From an uncultured Planctomycetaceae bacterium (GTDB lineage Bacteria > Planctomycetota > Planctomycetia > Pirellulales > PALSA-1355), in NCBI GenBank assembly GCA_963785305.1, contig CAWAUV010000008.1, positions 800,001 through 864,000 of the forward strand: a stretch of 64,000 nt of DNA, read 5' to 3'. Below are positions 62,509 through 64,000 of the stretch, in pieces (position 1 is the first letter of the stretch; the number at the start of each line of letters is the position of its first letter). The translations under genes and the position numbers were made by a program. Under the pieces are notes generated by a model. That model had not been told where the DNA came from and made no database searches. It saw only the letters and a program-made list of their open reading frames with translations.

Positions 62509-64000
62509 ATGGGGAGAATGGTTTTGACCAGCGGCGCCCACACGCACGACCTGCGAGTTTTGCTCGTGCCGCCCACGCGCCGCGATGGCGAAGTCACGCG
62601 GGGCCTGCTGGCCACGGTCGGCGTCGAATGCGAGATTTTCGCCGATCTCCGCGCCGCCACCGAAAGAATCTCCGCCGGCGCCGGCGCGCTGTTGCTCACC
62701 GAGAAGATCATCGGATCTTCGGGCGTCGACGACCTGCTCGCGGAGCTCGCTCGGCAAGAACCTTGGTCGGACTTGCCGATCGTGATGCTGCTGGGCGGCG
62801 GCGCGCCATCGCCGGCGATCAACGCGATTCTCTCCCGGCTGCGAAACATCACGCTGATCGAGCGCCCGGCCGCGACGCGGAGCGTCGTGAGCGCCGTGCA
62901 AACCGCGCTTCGCGGCGCAACCGGCAGTATCAGATTCGCGACCAAATCGAGGCGATCCGCGCGGCCGAACTTCGGATGCGCGATTTGCAGCAAGAGCTCG
63001 AGTTCGCCGTCAACGCGTCGGACCTCGGCATCTTTCATTGTCCGATGCCACTGGGCAAGATCGTGTGGAACGAGCGCTGCAAGGATCACTTCTGGCTCCC
63101 GCACGACGCCGACGTGGATATCGAGCTCTTCTATTCGCTCATCCATCCCCAAGATCGCGAGCGAACCCGCGCCGCGGTCGAAGCCTGTGTCCAGGGCGGG
63201 CAGCCTTACGACATCGAATACCGGGTCGTGTCGCCGACCGGCGAAATTCGCTGGCTTCGCGCCTCGGGCCACACCTATCGCGACTCGGCCGGGAGGCCGC
63301 GGCGTTTCGACGGAACCACGCTCGACATCACCGAGCGGAAGCGGGCGGAGGTCGAGCTTCGCGAGACGCGAGACCGTTTTCAGGCCATGGCCAACTCGAT
63401 TCCGCAGCTTGCCTGGATGGCGATGCCCGATGGCGGTATTTTCTGGTACAACCAGCGCTGGCACGACTACCGCGGCGCCGGGGGAAATCCCGACGACTGG
63501 GATTGGAGCCGGCTGCAAGATCCGGCCCACGCCCCGCGTGTCAATGAAAAATCGCGCGCCGCCTTGGCCAGCGGCGAGCCCTGGGAAGACACCTTTCCGC
63601 TCAAACGCCACGATGGCGAATATCGTTGGCACCTCTCGCGGGCCCTGCCGTTTCGCGATTCCGACGGGAACGTGCTGCTCTGGTTCGGCACGCACACCGA
63701 TGTAACCGAGGAACGCCGCCAAGCCGAAAATCGGCAACAACTGCTCGAAACCGAACAAGCCGCCCGCCGCGAGGCCGAGCGGGTGAGCCGCATGAAAGAC
63801 GAGTTCCTGGCCACGCTCAGCCACGAACTGCGCACCCCGCTCAATGCCATCTTCGGCTGGACCCAACTGCTCAAGCTCGGACCGATCGACGCCGAGACCG
63901 TCTCGCAGGCCGTGGCCGTGATCGATCGCAATGTTCGCGCGCAGACCCAACTCATCGATGATTTACTCGACATGAGCCGCGTGATTTCCGGCAAGGTGCG
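62509..64000 (+). CDS. PAS/PAC sensor histidine kinase with N-terminal pseudo-receiver (frameshift near 62915; truncated by window end)
   Basis: QEPWSDLPIVML, PAS motifs (IHPQDRER...YDIEYRV; MANSIPQLAW...WFGTHTDVTE), H-box KDEFLATLSHELRTPLNAI. Confidence 0.88.

Noticed and set aside
1855..63950. Numerous long antisense or overlapping ORFs (e.g. 3541..5391, 19549..21495, 21722..23695, 62166..63950)
   Set aside because: Shadow ORFs expected in high-GC DNA, lying opposite well-supported genes.

Overview
This is a GC-rich bacterial window, very probably from a Planctomycete (Pirellulales-like). The evidence is two DUF1559 prepilin-type genes, a DUF3500-like protein, an S53 protease with an 'ESLELRNLLS' N-terminal motif, and a Planctomycete-type tyrosine integrase. 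Many conserved genes (queA, metF, ctpA, rodA-like, RND pump) are broken by single frameshifts, which most likely reflects uncorrected long-read indels. Positions 1-44,000 and 57,200-64,000 are host chromosome: rhomboid, SDR, redoxin/monooxygenase, queA, a TetR-RND pump with two permeases, metF, proteases, a di-haem protein, rodA-like, and KaiC-like ATPase plus PAS histidine kinase. The highlight is a ~13.0-kb element integrated in the 3' end of tRNA-Val(CAC), bounded by a 74-bp direct repeat (44067-44140 / 57092-57165). It encodes an integrase, two excisionase-like HTHs, AlpA, a primase-polymerase with a candidate origin, a sigma-like factor, and only a tail chaperone/tape-measure module; I recognise no capsid, portal, terminase or lysis genes, so it looks like a phage satellite. 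Its att site lies inside the integrase ORF. Joining the two ends by hand replaces an 11-residue tail read antisense from the tRNA with an in-frame 53-residue tail (ending DPDLSAVIDAWPALPAAIRRAILALVGD) that has no start codon of its own in the integrated state. The same join places a second HTH gene directly behind int, suggesting a recombination-controlled genetic switch.
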